This document shows, in pieces, positions 27,055-36,373 of a stretch of 64,000 nt of DNA (positions are counted from its first letter, which is position 1; each line of letters starts with the position of its first letter). The translations under genes were made by a program, and so were the position numbers. The stretch is from positions 1-64,000 of the IMG/VR virus record IMGVR_UViG_3300042090_000890. One strand, written 5' to 3'. The notes below the pieces were generated by a model. The model was given only the letters and a program-made list of their open reading frames with translations. It made no database searches and was not told the DNA's origin. This DNA comes from a virus.

Positions 27055-28819
27055 ATGATTCTCTGCCGTCGTACTCGATGTTGACTGTCCGGTCGAAAGA
27101 CTCTTTGATCTCTGTTGCATGATCGATCATAAGTACGAGACCTTTTACACGGCTCTTAATCATTTCGATTACGGCCATCTTTTCGCTGGGTCCAAGTCCT
27201 TCCATGACTTCATCCAGGCCAGTCCATTGGACTGCGCATCCCGACCGAGAGCGGATTGCTTCCGCTGCAGCCAAGTCCGAGCACAACTCGATGGCGCCTT
27301 GTTGGCCGCCGGAGAGATTGTCATCGAGATCGACGTCCAACCCATTACGCGATATCGTCACGGAGATTTCTTTCTTGGTTGTTCCTTTCGTTTTCACGAG
27401 CTTGTTCGATGAGATAGTAACCGTGAAGTGTCTGGCGTTCGGGAAATAACTGAGCATGTCATTCGTGCGAACTTCAATGTCCTGGAGTATCTCGTCGAAG
27501 ATGCAGCCTAAGAAACCGCCGCGACCGAGTAACTCGGCAGAATGCTGTTCGATAGCCAGATTGGCCTCTTCGGTCGCCAGCTTCAGCTTCAACTTCTCGT
27601 ATTCTCCGAGCTGTTTCTGATAGAAGTTCGCTTTATTGACGGTCGTCTGGAGGTTAGACGCGGCGGAGTTCATGGCCGATTCCGCTAATCGGAACGGTGC
27701 AGACAGAGAGCCAAGTTTACCGTTCAGGTCCCGCAGACGTTCATTCAAGCCGACGTCTTTTATCATCAAATTGGCGTGGCGATCGACAATCTCCTGGAGA
27801 CTATTAAGAATAGGCTCGGCATTTTTGATGTACGTGATGTTCGTCTTCATCTTTTCAACTAGCCGGTCTATCTCGGCGTTCGTCTGATCGAGATATGCTT
27901 TGGCCGCGTCCCATTCTCTCTCGCAAGTCGGGCACGCGTTTTTCTCAAGTTTCGCGACCTTGTCTTGTAGCGACAGAATCTGATTTTTGACGTTCGCGTT
28001 CTCAGTCTTCTTGGAATTAACCGAGTAGTTAAGATCGTTGATCTTTTTGATTTCCTGTGCAGCTACGGAAATCTCCTGTCGGAGACCGTACTGTTCAGTT
28101 TTAACGGCGTTGATCTCGGCGTTTATGCCGTCTGCCGCCGCAGGACTACCCAGAGACAAGAACTCCAGCTTCGCCTTATTGTGCGTTTCGTAAGCCTTGT
28201 CGATATCTTCCTGCGAAACATAGTTGCCGGACATGTTCGCATCATAGTGTTGAATGTCGCGCTGAGTCAGTTTGATCGCTTCCAGAATCCGATTAGTCTC
28301 TTTGGTGAACTCATCCGCTGCCAGCTCGACTTCACCGAGGTTGAGCGGTTGCGTCAGAAATTCTTTCAGCTGCGAGTCGGTGGACCGGATGATCGTACCT
28401 TTCACGCGCTGTTTCCGATACGTGATCATCTTCAGCATATCGGCATTTGTACCGAGCATTTCGAGAAGATGCTCGCGTGGACCTTTGGTCAGGCCGGGAT
28501 ATACCTCGCCGTTGATGATCAAACTTAGTTTTGGGTCCATGACCACTTCAACCAAGTCCGGACCGATCTGGATGGTCAACTTCAAAAATATCTTTTTGGA
28601 ATCCCAATTCTTGATGGATGCGAGCGTTGCGTTCGATATGCCGAGGCAGACCGCTATCGCTTCTAGGATGGTCGTCTTACCAGATCCGGAGGATACTTCC
28701 GAACCCTTCCAGTGGCCGGAAATGAGCATCACTGCATTGCCGCGAGGGAATGGGATTACGGTACGTTTTCGGAAGGATCGGAACCCTTCAAGCTCTAAGC
28801 TGACGAGCTGAATGTCCAC
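27038..28819 (-). CDS. SbcC/Rad50/gp46-like SMC ATPase
   Basis: LEGFRSF, Walker A SGSGKT, coiled coil with CPTC hook, LSGGQ signature, LDE Walker B, IDH. Confidence 0.92.
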   Translation of the reverse strand: MDIQLVSLELEGFRSFRKRTVIPFPRGNAVMLISGHWKGSEVSSGSGKTTILEAIAVCLGISNATLASIKNWDSKKIFLKLTIQIGPDLVEVVMDPKLSLIINGEVYPGLTKGPREHLLEMLGTNADMLKMITYRKQRVKGTIIRSTDSQLKEFLTQPLNLGEVELAADEFTKETNRILEAIKLTQRDIQHYDANMSGNYVSQEDIDKAYETHNKAKLEFLSLGSPAAADGINAEINAVKTEQYGLRQEISVAAQEIKKINDLNYSVNSKKTENANVKNQILSLQDKVAKLEKNACPTCEREWDAAKAYLDQTNAEIDRLVEKMKTNITYIKNAEPILNSLQEIVDRHANLMIKDVGLNERLRDLNGKLGSLSAPFRLAESAMNSAASNLQTTVNKANFYQKQLGEYEKLKLKLATEEANLAIEQHSAELLGRGGFLGCIFDEILQDIEVRTNDMLSYFPNARHFTVTISSNKLVKTKGTTKKEISVTISRNGLDVDLDDNLSGGQQGAIELCSDLAAAEAIRSRSGCAVQWTGLDEVMEGLGPSEKMAVIEMIKSRVKGLVLMIDHATEIKESFDRTVNIEYDGRESYVNAV

Positions 28820-29346
28820 TACAGACCGCCTTTTGAAGAGTTTTCTTCGTTCCACATAGGCTGCATATTGTTGTAATGGCACGCCGCACGCAGTTCTTCC
28901 ATATTTTCCAAATTAAACTTAGAAAGTGGCTTGATATGATCTATAGACCATCGGCCCACGCCTCTTCCATAATTATCCCAAGACATGGAATCTTTGAATA
29001 GTGCGCTAAGATGAAGTTTAAATTCTTCTATGGAACAGCCGAGATTTCGGATCGCTCCTCCACATCGGACGACTTTCGTCAGTCTGGCTCGCAAATTATC
29101 TCGAAGCCTAAAATTTATTTCAGTCTTTCTTCGAATCCGAAATCTGGCGGATTGTCGGGCAGAAATTTTCGCCTTGTTCGATTGAAAATATATCTTCTTT
29201 TGTGCCAATTTTTTAATGCGATTTTTCTTGTACGATTTCCTACCATACGCTTGATATTCGGCTTTTTTCAAAAGCCTCCTGGCTTTGATTTCAGCCTTGT
29301 GATTCTGATAATAACGCTTGTGTGCGTCAGTGTAAGTGTTATTCAC
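28819..29346 (-). mobile_element. free-standing HNH-type homing endonuclease gene
   Basis: LGCSIEEFK.HL...MSWDNYG...WSIDHIKP...CHYNNMQPMW; visibly AT-richer than flanks. Confidence 0.75.
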
Positions 29347-29590
29347 TTTCCTCAGTATTCTCGCTATGCTTGTCGGCTCTGTCCGACATTATTTCTTCAA
29401 TGTTATGGAGCCGTTCGACCTTCCGGGCCATTGCTCCGTTGTCCAACTGTTCGACTACCGATATGCTACCAGTACGTATTACCGCCTTTGACTCGGTTTT
29501 GCAAGTCGGGCACGAAACAACTCGCTCTCGACGAACCAGAGATACTCTAAATTCGCCGTGGGCTGGACATTTGAAGGTGAACCAGGCCAT
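29339..29590 (-). CDS. FmdB-like Zn-ribbon protein
   Basis: FTFKCPAHG...CPTC. Confidence 0.6.
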   Translation of the reverse strand: MAWFTFKCPAHGEFRVSLVRRERVVSCPTCKTESKAVIRTGSISVVEQLDNGAMARKVERLHNIEEIMSDRADKHSENTEESE

Positions 29591-31377
29591 CAGTGTCCTC
29601 CGTGGAGTGACCCTCGCTCGCCGATCGCTTTTTCGAACTGGCGGACCATGTCCTCTTCCGACTTGTCGGTCTGGTAGTCGCGTTTGAAAGCTACGATCCC
29701 GCCGAGCGTTCCGATGAGCGATGCGATCGAGATGCTGTTGCGAATAGCCTCGGCTACAGCCGGGAGAGAATCGAGCAGATCGGTCTTGCCGACCCATTTT
29801 TCTTCAGAGATGTCGTACGTTTGCTTATCGTTGAGCAATAATTCGCCGATCTGGCGCGTGATCTCCTCTTCGTTGTATCCGTAGTTGGAGTACAAAAGTT
29901 TGACCGGCTCAAGCAGAGCCTCCGCCAAAATCTCGATCGCATGGCGCTTGGCCGAAAGCGGCAATGAAAAAGCAGACGTATGAAGGTCGGCGGCCAGCCG
30001 GACCAGCACGTAGCCTCCGCCGGGAACAGCTCCGTGTTTGATAGCGCCTTTGATTGCCATCCAAGCGTCTTCCGCGCGGTCGCGCTTCTCGCGCGTCTCG
30101 CCCGCCGACGGACCGTAGATGTTGAGTCGTACGATGCCAGACGTGAGCTTGCCTTTTCGGATGTTCAGATCGTTTTCTTCGTAGTCTGATTCCGGATTTT
30201 TGAGCTGTTCCTTCAGTTCGTCGACGCGGATCTTGATGGCATCAGCGTCTTCGTCGGCGAAGATCATAGCCTTGAACCGGCTGCACTCAAAACGCTTGAC
30301 GCGGCACGAAGCGAGCAACCCTTCAGCGTTGATGTCTGTGATCGGATTGTCGATCGGATTGAACACTGTCGTGCCCGTGTACGCTTGCAGATCATACAGC
30401 AAGTTGGTCCGCCAGTTCATGATGGCCCGCTCCGGTGTCATCAGCGGGAAAACCTTCATGGCTGACTTTGGGTGGTTCCAAATCACATGCATGTCGCCGA
30501 GAGCTTGATCAGAGAAGCCGTGGGCAACCAACACAACGTTGTGCTCCGGGCGCTTAGCGGCCTCGGATGCTGCATAAAGTTTGTTCAGTGAATCGAACAC
30601 CTGCATGAAATCATTGATGATTCCGTCAAACAATACAAAGATCGGATTGTCGAGGACGACCATCGTGCCGGTTTTGTCATTGATGAAACCATTCGCCAGT
30701 GTGCGGCATGACTCCTCGTACCCGCGCTCGGAGGTGTAGCCATTGATCTTCTCGATCGCGTACCGCGAGTTACCGCCCGCATTGATTTCGACGATCGTCA
30801 TGTCGCCTTCTTCGCCGACCAAGTCCAACCCTTCGATGACTTTCTTGGCCAGTTCCGTGTCTCCGTTGGCAGACAGACAGGCGACCTTTTCGAGTGTTTC
30901 CGAGTAGTTGTCAGCGTCGATCAACAACTTTTCCGCCTCAATCTGAGACGTTATTCCCGGAATGAGACGCTGCATTTCCCGAACGATTTTCTGCGGCGAT
31001 AGCTTCGGATTGTTTTTCACAACGTCGATGGTCGCGCGGCATATCGCACTCGAAAGTACCGTGGCAGTAGTTGTTCCGTCACCGGCTTCGGAGGCGGTTC
31101 GAATCGCCGCATCGCGGGCAGCTTCGAGGATGAGTTGTTGGATCGGATTGTCATAACCAAGTGACTTGATTACGGTAACGCCGTCTTTCGTGATGATCGG
31201 TTTCATGTTAATCTCAGACCGTTCGAGCAAAACTTGTTTGCCGCCCGGACCCAGCGTGATCCCGGCCATGCGGGACATGTGATCGAGAGTATCGATCGTA
31301 TGCTGCGTCAGCTTGTCGCCAGACGGGACCATTACCTTGGCTGCGGATTTCGGCTTTGAGACCTGGAAAAGTGACAT
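29590..31377 (-). CDS. groEL: chaperonin GroEL (phage type)
   Basis: TLGPGG, ITKDGVTV, AGDGTTTA, SANGD, VPGGG. Confidence 0.93.
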   Translation of the reverse strand: MSLFQVSKPKSAAKVMVPSGDKLTQHTIDTLDHMSRMAGITLGPGGKQVLLERSEINMKPIITKDGVTVIKSLGYDNPIQQLILEAARDAAIRTASEAGDGTTTATVLSSAICRATIDVVKNNPKLSPQKIVREMQRLIPGITSQIEAEKLLIDADNYSETLEKVACLSANGDTELAKKVIEGLDLVGEEGDMTIVEINAGGNSRYAIEKINGYTSERGYEESCRTLANGFINDKTGTMVVLDNPIFVLFDGIINDFMQVFDSLNKLYAASEAAKRPEHNVVLVAHGFSDQALGDMHVIWNHPKSAMKVFPLMTPERAIMNWRTNLLYDLQAYTGTTVFNPIDNPITDINAEGLLASCRVKRFECSRFKAMIFADEDADAIKIRVDELKEQLKNPESDYEENDLNIRKGKLTSGIVRLNIYGPSAGETREKRDRAEDAWMAIKGAIKHGAVPGGGYVLVRLAADLHTSAFSLPLSAKRHAIEILAEALLEPVKLLYSNYGYNEEEITRQIGELLLNDKQTYDISEEKWVGKTDLLDSLPAVAEAIRNSISIASLIGTLGGIVAFKRDYQTDKSEEDMVRQFEKAIGERGSLHGGH

Positions 31378-31392
31378 AGAACCTCCAATTGC

Positions 31393-31444
31393 ATTATACC
31401 ACATCTCCTGATATGATCCGACGGTGAGGGAGTTCTGGTATAAT
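31393..31444. promoter_or_regulatory. divergent extended -10 promoters at the strand switch
   Basis: TGGTATAAT on minus (31393-31401) and on plus (31436-31444). Confidence 0.6.
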
Positions 31445-31460
31445 TACGTGAACAGTCGGA

Positions 31461-32159
31461 GTGTATTTGAAAATCAACGATCCACAACAACGAGATGATA
31501 AAATCTTTGAAGCGATGCGCTCCATGAGCGGTCGTGCGTTCAAAGTTTGGCTGGCCACTTTCGTGGACTCCGAAGGCTATCACACTCCTACCAAAGAAAT
31601 AATGGCCCGAACTGGAATTAAATTCGAGAGGAACATTTACACAGATTTGAAATGGTTGCGCGAGAACGGTTGGCTTGGACATGATCAAAACAATCATGCT
31701 GACATGATCAAAACAATCACTGATCAAAACAATCATGATCAAAATAGACATGATCAAAACAATCATGCTGACATGATCAAAACAATCATGCCGGACATGA
31801 CTAAAACAATCATGCCGTCTATATTAACCAAGAAAGACCTAGAAACCAGGCAGGCTGCCGAATCTTCCGAAGTCGAACAGCAGATCGAACAGCTGATTCA
31901 GCATCCGAAGATAGAGAACAAGGATTTATTGACCGGCTGCCTCAACAGACTTCGTTCGGGTAAGGCTTTGACAGACAATCAGTTAACGGCTATACAAAAT
32001 ATCTGGGACCAATTCGGCTCGACATCTGTTCCACCTGAACCGGCCCCTAAGTGGGACTCGACTCGCTTTCCGGAAACATCGACAAACGGGACCGCCGAAG
32101 AAGTCGCGTCGTGGATGCAGTTGATCAACGACTTTCCCGTTAAGAAAAGGAACGCATGA
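31461..32159 (+). CDS. replication initiator, lambda O-like architecture
   Basis: N-terminal winged-HTH-like segment (TKEIMARTGI...LKWLRENGWL), internal iteron array, directly upstream of DnaB-like helicase; start uncertain. Confidence 0.65.
   Translation: MYLKINDPQQRDDKIFEAMRSMSGRAFKVWLATFVDSEGYHTPTKEIMARTGIKFERNIYTDLKWLRENGWLGHDQNNHADMIKTITDQNNHDQNRHDQNNHADMIKTIMPDMTKTIMPSILTKKDLETRQAAESSEVEQQIEQLIQHPKIENKDLLTGCLNRLRSGKALTDNQLTAIQNIWDQFGSTSVPPEPAPKWDSTRFPETSTNGTAEEVASWMQLINDFPVKKRNA
31678..31817 (+). repeat. iteron array, probable replication origin
   Basis: TGATCAAAACAATCA perfect at 31682, 31705, 31721, 31751, 31774; partial at 31736; variant TGACTAAAACAATCA at 31798. Confidence 0.8.
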
Positions 32160-33478
32160 CGACAACGATACAGGTAAAAACTCACGTTCCTTCCCAACTA
32201 GAGCCAGGCCAAGAACAGGCCGTTATCGCGTGGTGTAAAAAGTACAAATTCTTTAATCGTGTTTCTGGCAAGATAAAACACGGTTTTTTCATGAGTCAGA
32301 CTCGTTATGCGTTGTACGAGTATTTGGTTACTATGCACGCCCAACGCTCCAATACCAACATACACGACGCTGAGTTTGTGGACTACGCCGGTCAACAGCA
32401 GGTAGACCCCGTTTACCAAAAAGCGTATCGCGCAGAAGCGACCGCATGTTGCCACGCGTCTAGTTCGTACGATGATAAGCGCGTGCTCATACTGATCGAG
32501 CAGCAGCTGAGATTTTTGGCTGCCAAGGATGCTATTAAGGATCAAGGTAAAAATTTCAGTGACGGCAATTTAAACGCTATTTTTGATCGCAACAACAAGA
32601 TGAATCAAGCGGCAACTATCCAGTCCTCGATGTTGCCGGAATCTGAAGACGTGTTGGCCGAGTTGAAGCAAGAGCGGGCTATTCGAATTGAGGGTCTCCG
32701 CAACAAACTTCCGTTTATCGATGAACGGGTTCAGTTTACACTGAAGCCGGGTATGACCGTAATCGGCGGATTCTTGAAGGCCGGAAAATCAACTCTTATG
32801 GCCAATTTGGTGCCGGTCATATTCCGGACTGCCCCGACCAAGAAGATTCTGTTATTTTCTCTTGAAGACGGAACCGAGCGTGCCATCGCCCGTATCGCAT
32901 GCTGCGGATGCCTTGTAAACAGTAACTACTACCTGTCATCTCCGGAACTTCTTACCGCTGACGAGATCGACCGCGTCGATAAAACGGCAGAGTGGCTGAC
33001 AGAGAGGATCGCGACTGTCGGCGTCAAAAATTACAAAGTTTTTGAGTTGGAATCTGTACAAGAAATCTTGATGAACGCAAAGTCCGATCCTGATATAAGT
33101 TGCATTATTTTTGATCATTATCAGATAGTTAGGGCTTCGAAAAATCCAAAGCTCCGCGACAAATACGCCGTCTTAAAGGAGTTCGGTCCGTGGCTTACGG
33201 AATATGCCAGTGATCTAAAAATCCCTTTGGTCATGTTGGCGCAGCTGAGAGCGGCGGACGAAAAAAGGAACGAAGAGTTCGCCGATCTGATCAAAGACGA
33301 TCGCCAAATTGCCCAACACGCCGCAGTCATTCTTGGCGTAAAGCGGTCGGTAACGGAGATTGGCGAACAGATCACGGAAATAAAATGTCACTACTCTCGA
33401 TGGGGAGACAAAGAAAACGTTGGCACTTTTTCGTACAATGGCGGTAGACTAATCTTCAAGGCTGGGACTGCGACATGA
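32156..33478 (+). CDS. DnaB-like (SF4) replicative helicase
   Basis: GGFLKAGKST, FSLE, IIFDHYQ, MLAQL motifs. Confidence 0.82.
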   Translation: MTTTIQVKTHVPSQLEPGQEQAVIAWCKKYKFFNRVSGKIKHGFFMSQTRYALYEYLVTMHAQRSNTNIHDAEFVDYAGQQQVDPVYQKAYRAEATACCHASSSYDDKRVLILIEQQLRFLAAKDAIKDQGKNFSDGNLNAIFDRNNKMNQAATIQSSMLPESEDVLAELKQERAIRIEGLRNKLPFIDERVQFTLKPGMTVIGGFLKAGKSTLMANLVPVIFRTAPTKKILLFSLEDGTERAIARIACCGCLVNSNYYLSSPELLTADEIDRVDKTAEWLTERIATVGVKNYKVFELESVQEILMNAKSDPDISCIIFDHYQIVRASKNPKLRDKYAVLKEFGPWLTEYASDLKIPLVMLAQLRAADEKRNEEFADLIKDDRQIAQHAAVILGVKRSVTEIGEQITEIKCHYSRWGDKENVGTFSYNGGRLIFKAGTAT

Positions 33479-34971
33479 ATATGATTTTAGCCACACCTTC
33501 AACAATTATCCTGCCCGAAGCCTCGGATAAGGTAAAAGAATTCCTTACTTACAGCGATGCGTCCATCCAGTATCAGATCAAAGAGCTTTCGAAAAAACAC
33601 CACTGGAAACGAAATGACCCAGAAGCGTTCGACGCCCGCATGAGCGAGCTAAAGTCTCAGGCGTATAAATCACTTCTGAAGTACGATGCTAATGACTCGC
33701 CGTACACGTATGCTGGCCTGTGGCATGAACTTGGCGAAGAATTCGGCTGGACCATATCCGGTGAGTTCGAGTGTCAACCGCCGAAACACATGATTCCATG
33801 GTCGCACAAGCCGGAGCATGAGATTCGGTATTACCAGGATGACGCGGCGGAGGCACTGCTCGCAAACGCCCATCGCGGGCCAGTAGCGATCGAGCTGCCG
33901 ACTGGCTCCGGCAAGTCCCGGATCATCGAGGAAATTTGCAAACGCAATCCAGTGCAGACCACGATAGTCACACCTTCAAAGAACGTGACCAATCAGCTGT
34001 TCCGTGAAATGCAATGGTTATTCGGATCAAAGTTGGTCGGCAAGTACGGCGATGGCAAGCATGACATCCACAAACTTTTCACAGTTTGCACGGCCCAAGC
34101 CCTCATGCGCATCGAGCAAGGCTCGGAAGAGTGGGAGTTCTTCTCTGAATGCCAGCAATTCGTGTGGGATGAGTCGCATACGACTCCTGCCAATACGTTC
34201 GATGCCGTAGAGCTTGGCCTTCTCAGAAATGTCCCGTACCGCTTCCACGTTTCGGCTACTCAGATGCGACATGACGGCCAGGACATGAAGCTGCGCGGCA
34301 TCATTGGTCCGATCGTGTACAAAAAGGAATTCAAGGAACTGGTCGACGAAGGCTTCCTCGCCCGCCCGTATTTCAAGGTATTCAACGTCGCCGCCTATGG
34401 CTTGGCCAACAACCGCGACATAGCGCGTGAACAGCGGGAACAGCTTTATTTGAACCCGAACGTCAACCGTCTGGCCGCTGAGTTTGCGATCAAGTCCATC
34501 GCTCTCGCGAACCGCCCGACGCTCATCCTGCTGGATGAGTTCGTACAGTTTGCGGCGCTACGCCCGTACCTTGGCTCCATACCGTTCGAGTTCTGCCACG
34601 GCGGAGCCAACGGCGAAGACAAGAAGGGAACGAAGGTACGCGATATCCTTCCGAGAGAGTTCTGGGAATCCGACGTCGAAGGTGCCGTTGACCGCTTCAA
34701 TCGTGGTGAGAAGAAACTGTTGGTAGGCACCAAAGCAATATCAACCGGCGTGGACACCAAGCCTGCAGGATGCGTGATCAACCTTCAAGGCGGTCTATCC
34801 GAAGTGGCCACGAAGCAGGCGATCGGTCGTGGTACTCGCGTTACGGAGACAAAGAAAGACGTGATCGTGGTCGACTTTCGCGTGGTTGGATCTTCGGCCA
34901 TGGAACGACATGCAGATACCCGCGTCGAGATTTACAAGACGATGGGTGATGTCCAGGAGATCACAAAATGA
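33475..34971 (+). CDS. SF2 helicase, UvsW/XPB-like
   Basis: RYYQ, LPTGSGKS, DESH, SAT, TGVD, QAIGRGTR. Confidence 0.9.
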   Translation: MNMILATPSTIILPEASDKVKEFLTYSDASIQYQIKELSKKHHWKRNDPEAFDARMSELKSQAYKSLLKYDANDSPYTYAGLWHELGEEFGWTISGEFECQPPKHMIPWSHKPEHEIRYYQDDAAEALLANAHRGPVAIELPTGSGKSRIIEEICKRNPVQTTIVTPSKNVTNQLFREMQWLFGSKLVGKYGDGKHDIHKLFTVCTAQALMRIEQGSEEWEFFSECQQFVWDESHTTPANTFDAVELGLLRNVPYRFHVSATQMRHDGQDMKLRGIIGPIVYKKEFKELVDEGFLARPYFKVFNVAAYGLANNRDIAREQREQLYLNPNVNRLAAEFAIKSIALANRPTLILLDEFVQFAALRPYLGSIPFEFCHGGANGEDKKGTKVRDILPREFWESDVEGAVDRFNRGEKKLLVGTKAISTGVDTKPAGCVINLQGGLSEVATKQAIGRGTRVTETKKDVIVVDFRVVGSSAMERHADTRVEIYKTMGDVQEITK

Positions 34972-36053
34972 TCGATCAGCCGGAAGAGCACATCAAGCGT
35001 GATTTGTACAACCAGTTCCGGCACGAAATGAATCTGGTCCTGCGCGAGAATGACGAATCGAACGGACAATCCCAAAAAGTTCTGTTGAACGAGCTTTTCA
35101 AACTCGAACGAGAGTTCAAGAAGCTGATGCTGATGAACGAGCACGGAGCGATTACGTACAAGAAGTTCATCGAGTTTATCCTCGGCGATAAGTCCGAAGG
35201 CGGCAAGGGCAACAAGCTGTCGATCCGCCCGTACTTCCGAGAACGGCAGGACACGTTCTCGAACAAAGTATTTCCGATTCTGGACCGTTTTGCAGAAGCC
35301 CAGGAAGCCAAAAAGCCGGTCGACAAAGAAGCTAAGTCGATGCACCACTTTCGCATCAACTACCTCTTCGTGCGATGGGTACTCGACAAGTCGCCTGCGG
35401 GTACGCTCAATTATCGCGGGCCGAACAAGCGTAAGATGAAGATTTTGCACGATAAAATAGTGCATATACGTCATTTGTTGTGCGAGAATAATCTACCACT
35501 CGCGCTTAACCGAACGGCCTTATTCTTTTCGAAGATTCCACCGAGCCATGCTCAGTACATGGATCTGGTTCAGGACTCCGCCAAAGGACTTTTGGAAGCG
35601 ATCGACAACTTCGTGCCGCCGTACAAGACTGTCTTCCGATCGGTTGCAATCGGTCGGATAGGCTTGAATATGTCGGAAGACGTCGGCGCTTCGCTCGTCA
35701 AACTTCCGCCGAAGGACAAGCGTATCCTGTACCGGGTCCGGAAAGCAAAACAAAAGAACGTCGACATTTCCGACAAAGACTTGCAAGCATTCGTTGGCGA
35801 GAGCTTCAAAGGCACCACTTCCGCTGAGATAGAAATGATCGAGGCGGCTTCCAACCAAGTCGTTTCTATTGATGCCAAGGACGAGCATTCGAGGCCTATG
35901 TCAGAGACCATCGCGGACCCGACCAGCATCGAGGATCACGTAGAACGTACCGAGGTAGCCAACCAGCTCCTCGTACAGCTCAATAAGCTCAAGGTGATAG
36001 AGAAGAAAGTTTTGTTGATGAAAACCGGCGAAATATACGGTATCTTCGAGTAG
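34968..36053 (+). CDS. sigma70-family RNA polymerase sigma factor (phage)
   Basis: Region 2-like LCENNLPL...DLVQ...GLLEAIDNF; region 3/4-like VVSIDA...LNKLKVIEKKVL. Confidence 0.72.
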   Translation: MIDQPEEHIKRDLYNQFRHEMNLVLRENDESNGQSQKVLLNELFKLEREFKKLMLMNEHGAITYKKFIEFILGDKSEGGKGNKLSIRPYFRERQDTFSNKVFPILDRFAEAQEAKKPVDKEAKSMHHFRINYLFVRWVLDKSPAGTLNYRGPNKRKMKILHDKIVHIRHLLCENNLPLALNRTALFFSKIPPSHAQYMDLVQDSAKGLLEAIDNFVPPYKTVFRSVAIGRIGLNMSEDVGASLVKLPPKDKRILYRVRKAKQKNVDISDKDLQAFVGESFKGTTSAEIEMIEAASNQVVSIDAKDEHSRPMSETIADPTSIEDHVERTEVANQLLVQLNKLKVIEKKVLLMKTGEIYGIFE

Positions 36054-36061
36054 GAGGAATT

Positions 36062-36373
36062 ATGGCGCTTTTTACCAAGAAGGGCGAGCTGGCGATCACA
36101 AAGCCAGAGTTTAAGAAAATCGAGGCTGAAGTGGTCGGCGGCATGGCTCGCATCTCTCAGCGCATAGCGGTGACCGAAGCGGTCCTCGTGATGAACTACA
36201 ATTTCCAAGGCGTTGAATTGCGTGCAGGCGACAAGATCCTGTTGCGCGGCGACTCCGGCCTAACCAAATGGGCTGCCAACGAACTGCGGCTCGAAACCGG
36301 CGAAGTGTTCGTCCTCTGTCCGGAAGATGTCGTACTTGGATATCGCACCTTGGTGGTTGGGCATGGAGGATAA
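36062..36373 (+). CDS. divergent GroES/Cpn10-like co-chaperonin
   Basis: 103 aa; VVGG mobile-loop-like segment, LRAGDKILL, GEVFVLCPEDVVLG parallel GroES motifs. Confidence 0.6.
   Translation: MALFTKKGELAITKPEFKKIEAEVVGGMARISQRIAVTEAVLVMNYNFQGVELRAGDKILLRGDSGLTKWAANELRLETGEVFVLCPEDVVLGYRTLVVGHGG

Noticed and set aside
7776-31377. Bacterial chromosome or prophage interpretation (def, map, dnaE, recA, groEL)
   Set aside because: These genes are divergent, interleaved with phage-type ORFs and contiguous with a head module; no integrase or host operon structure is seen.
31678-31817. Possible CRISPR array
   Set aside because: Repeats are 15 bp with 0-9 bp non-unique spacers, lie inside an ORF, and no cas genes are present; iterons fit better.
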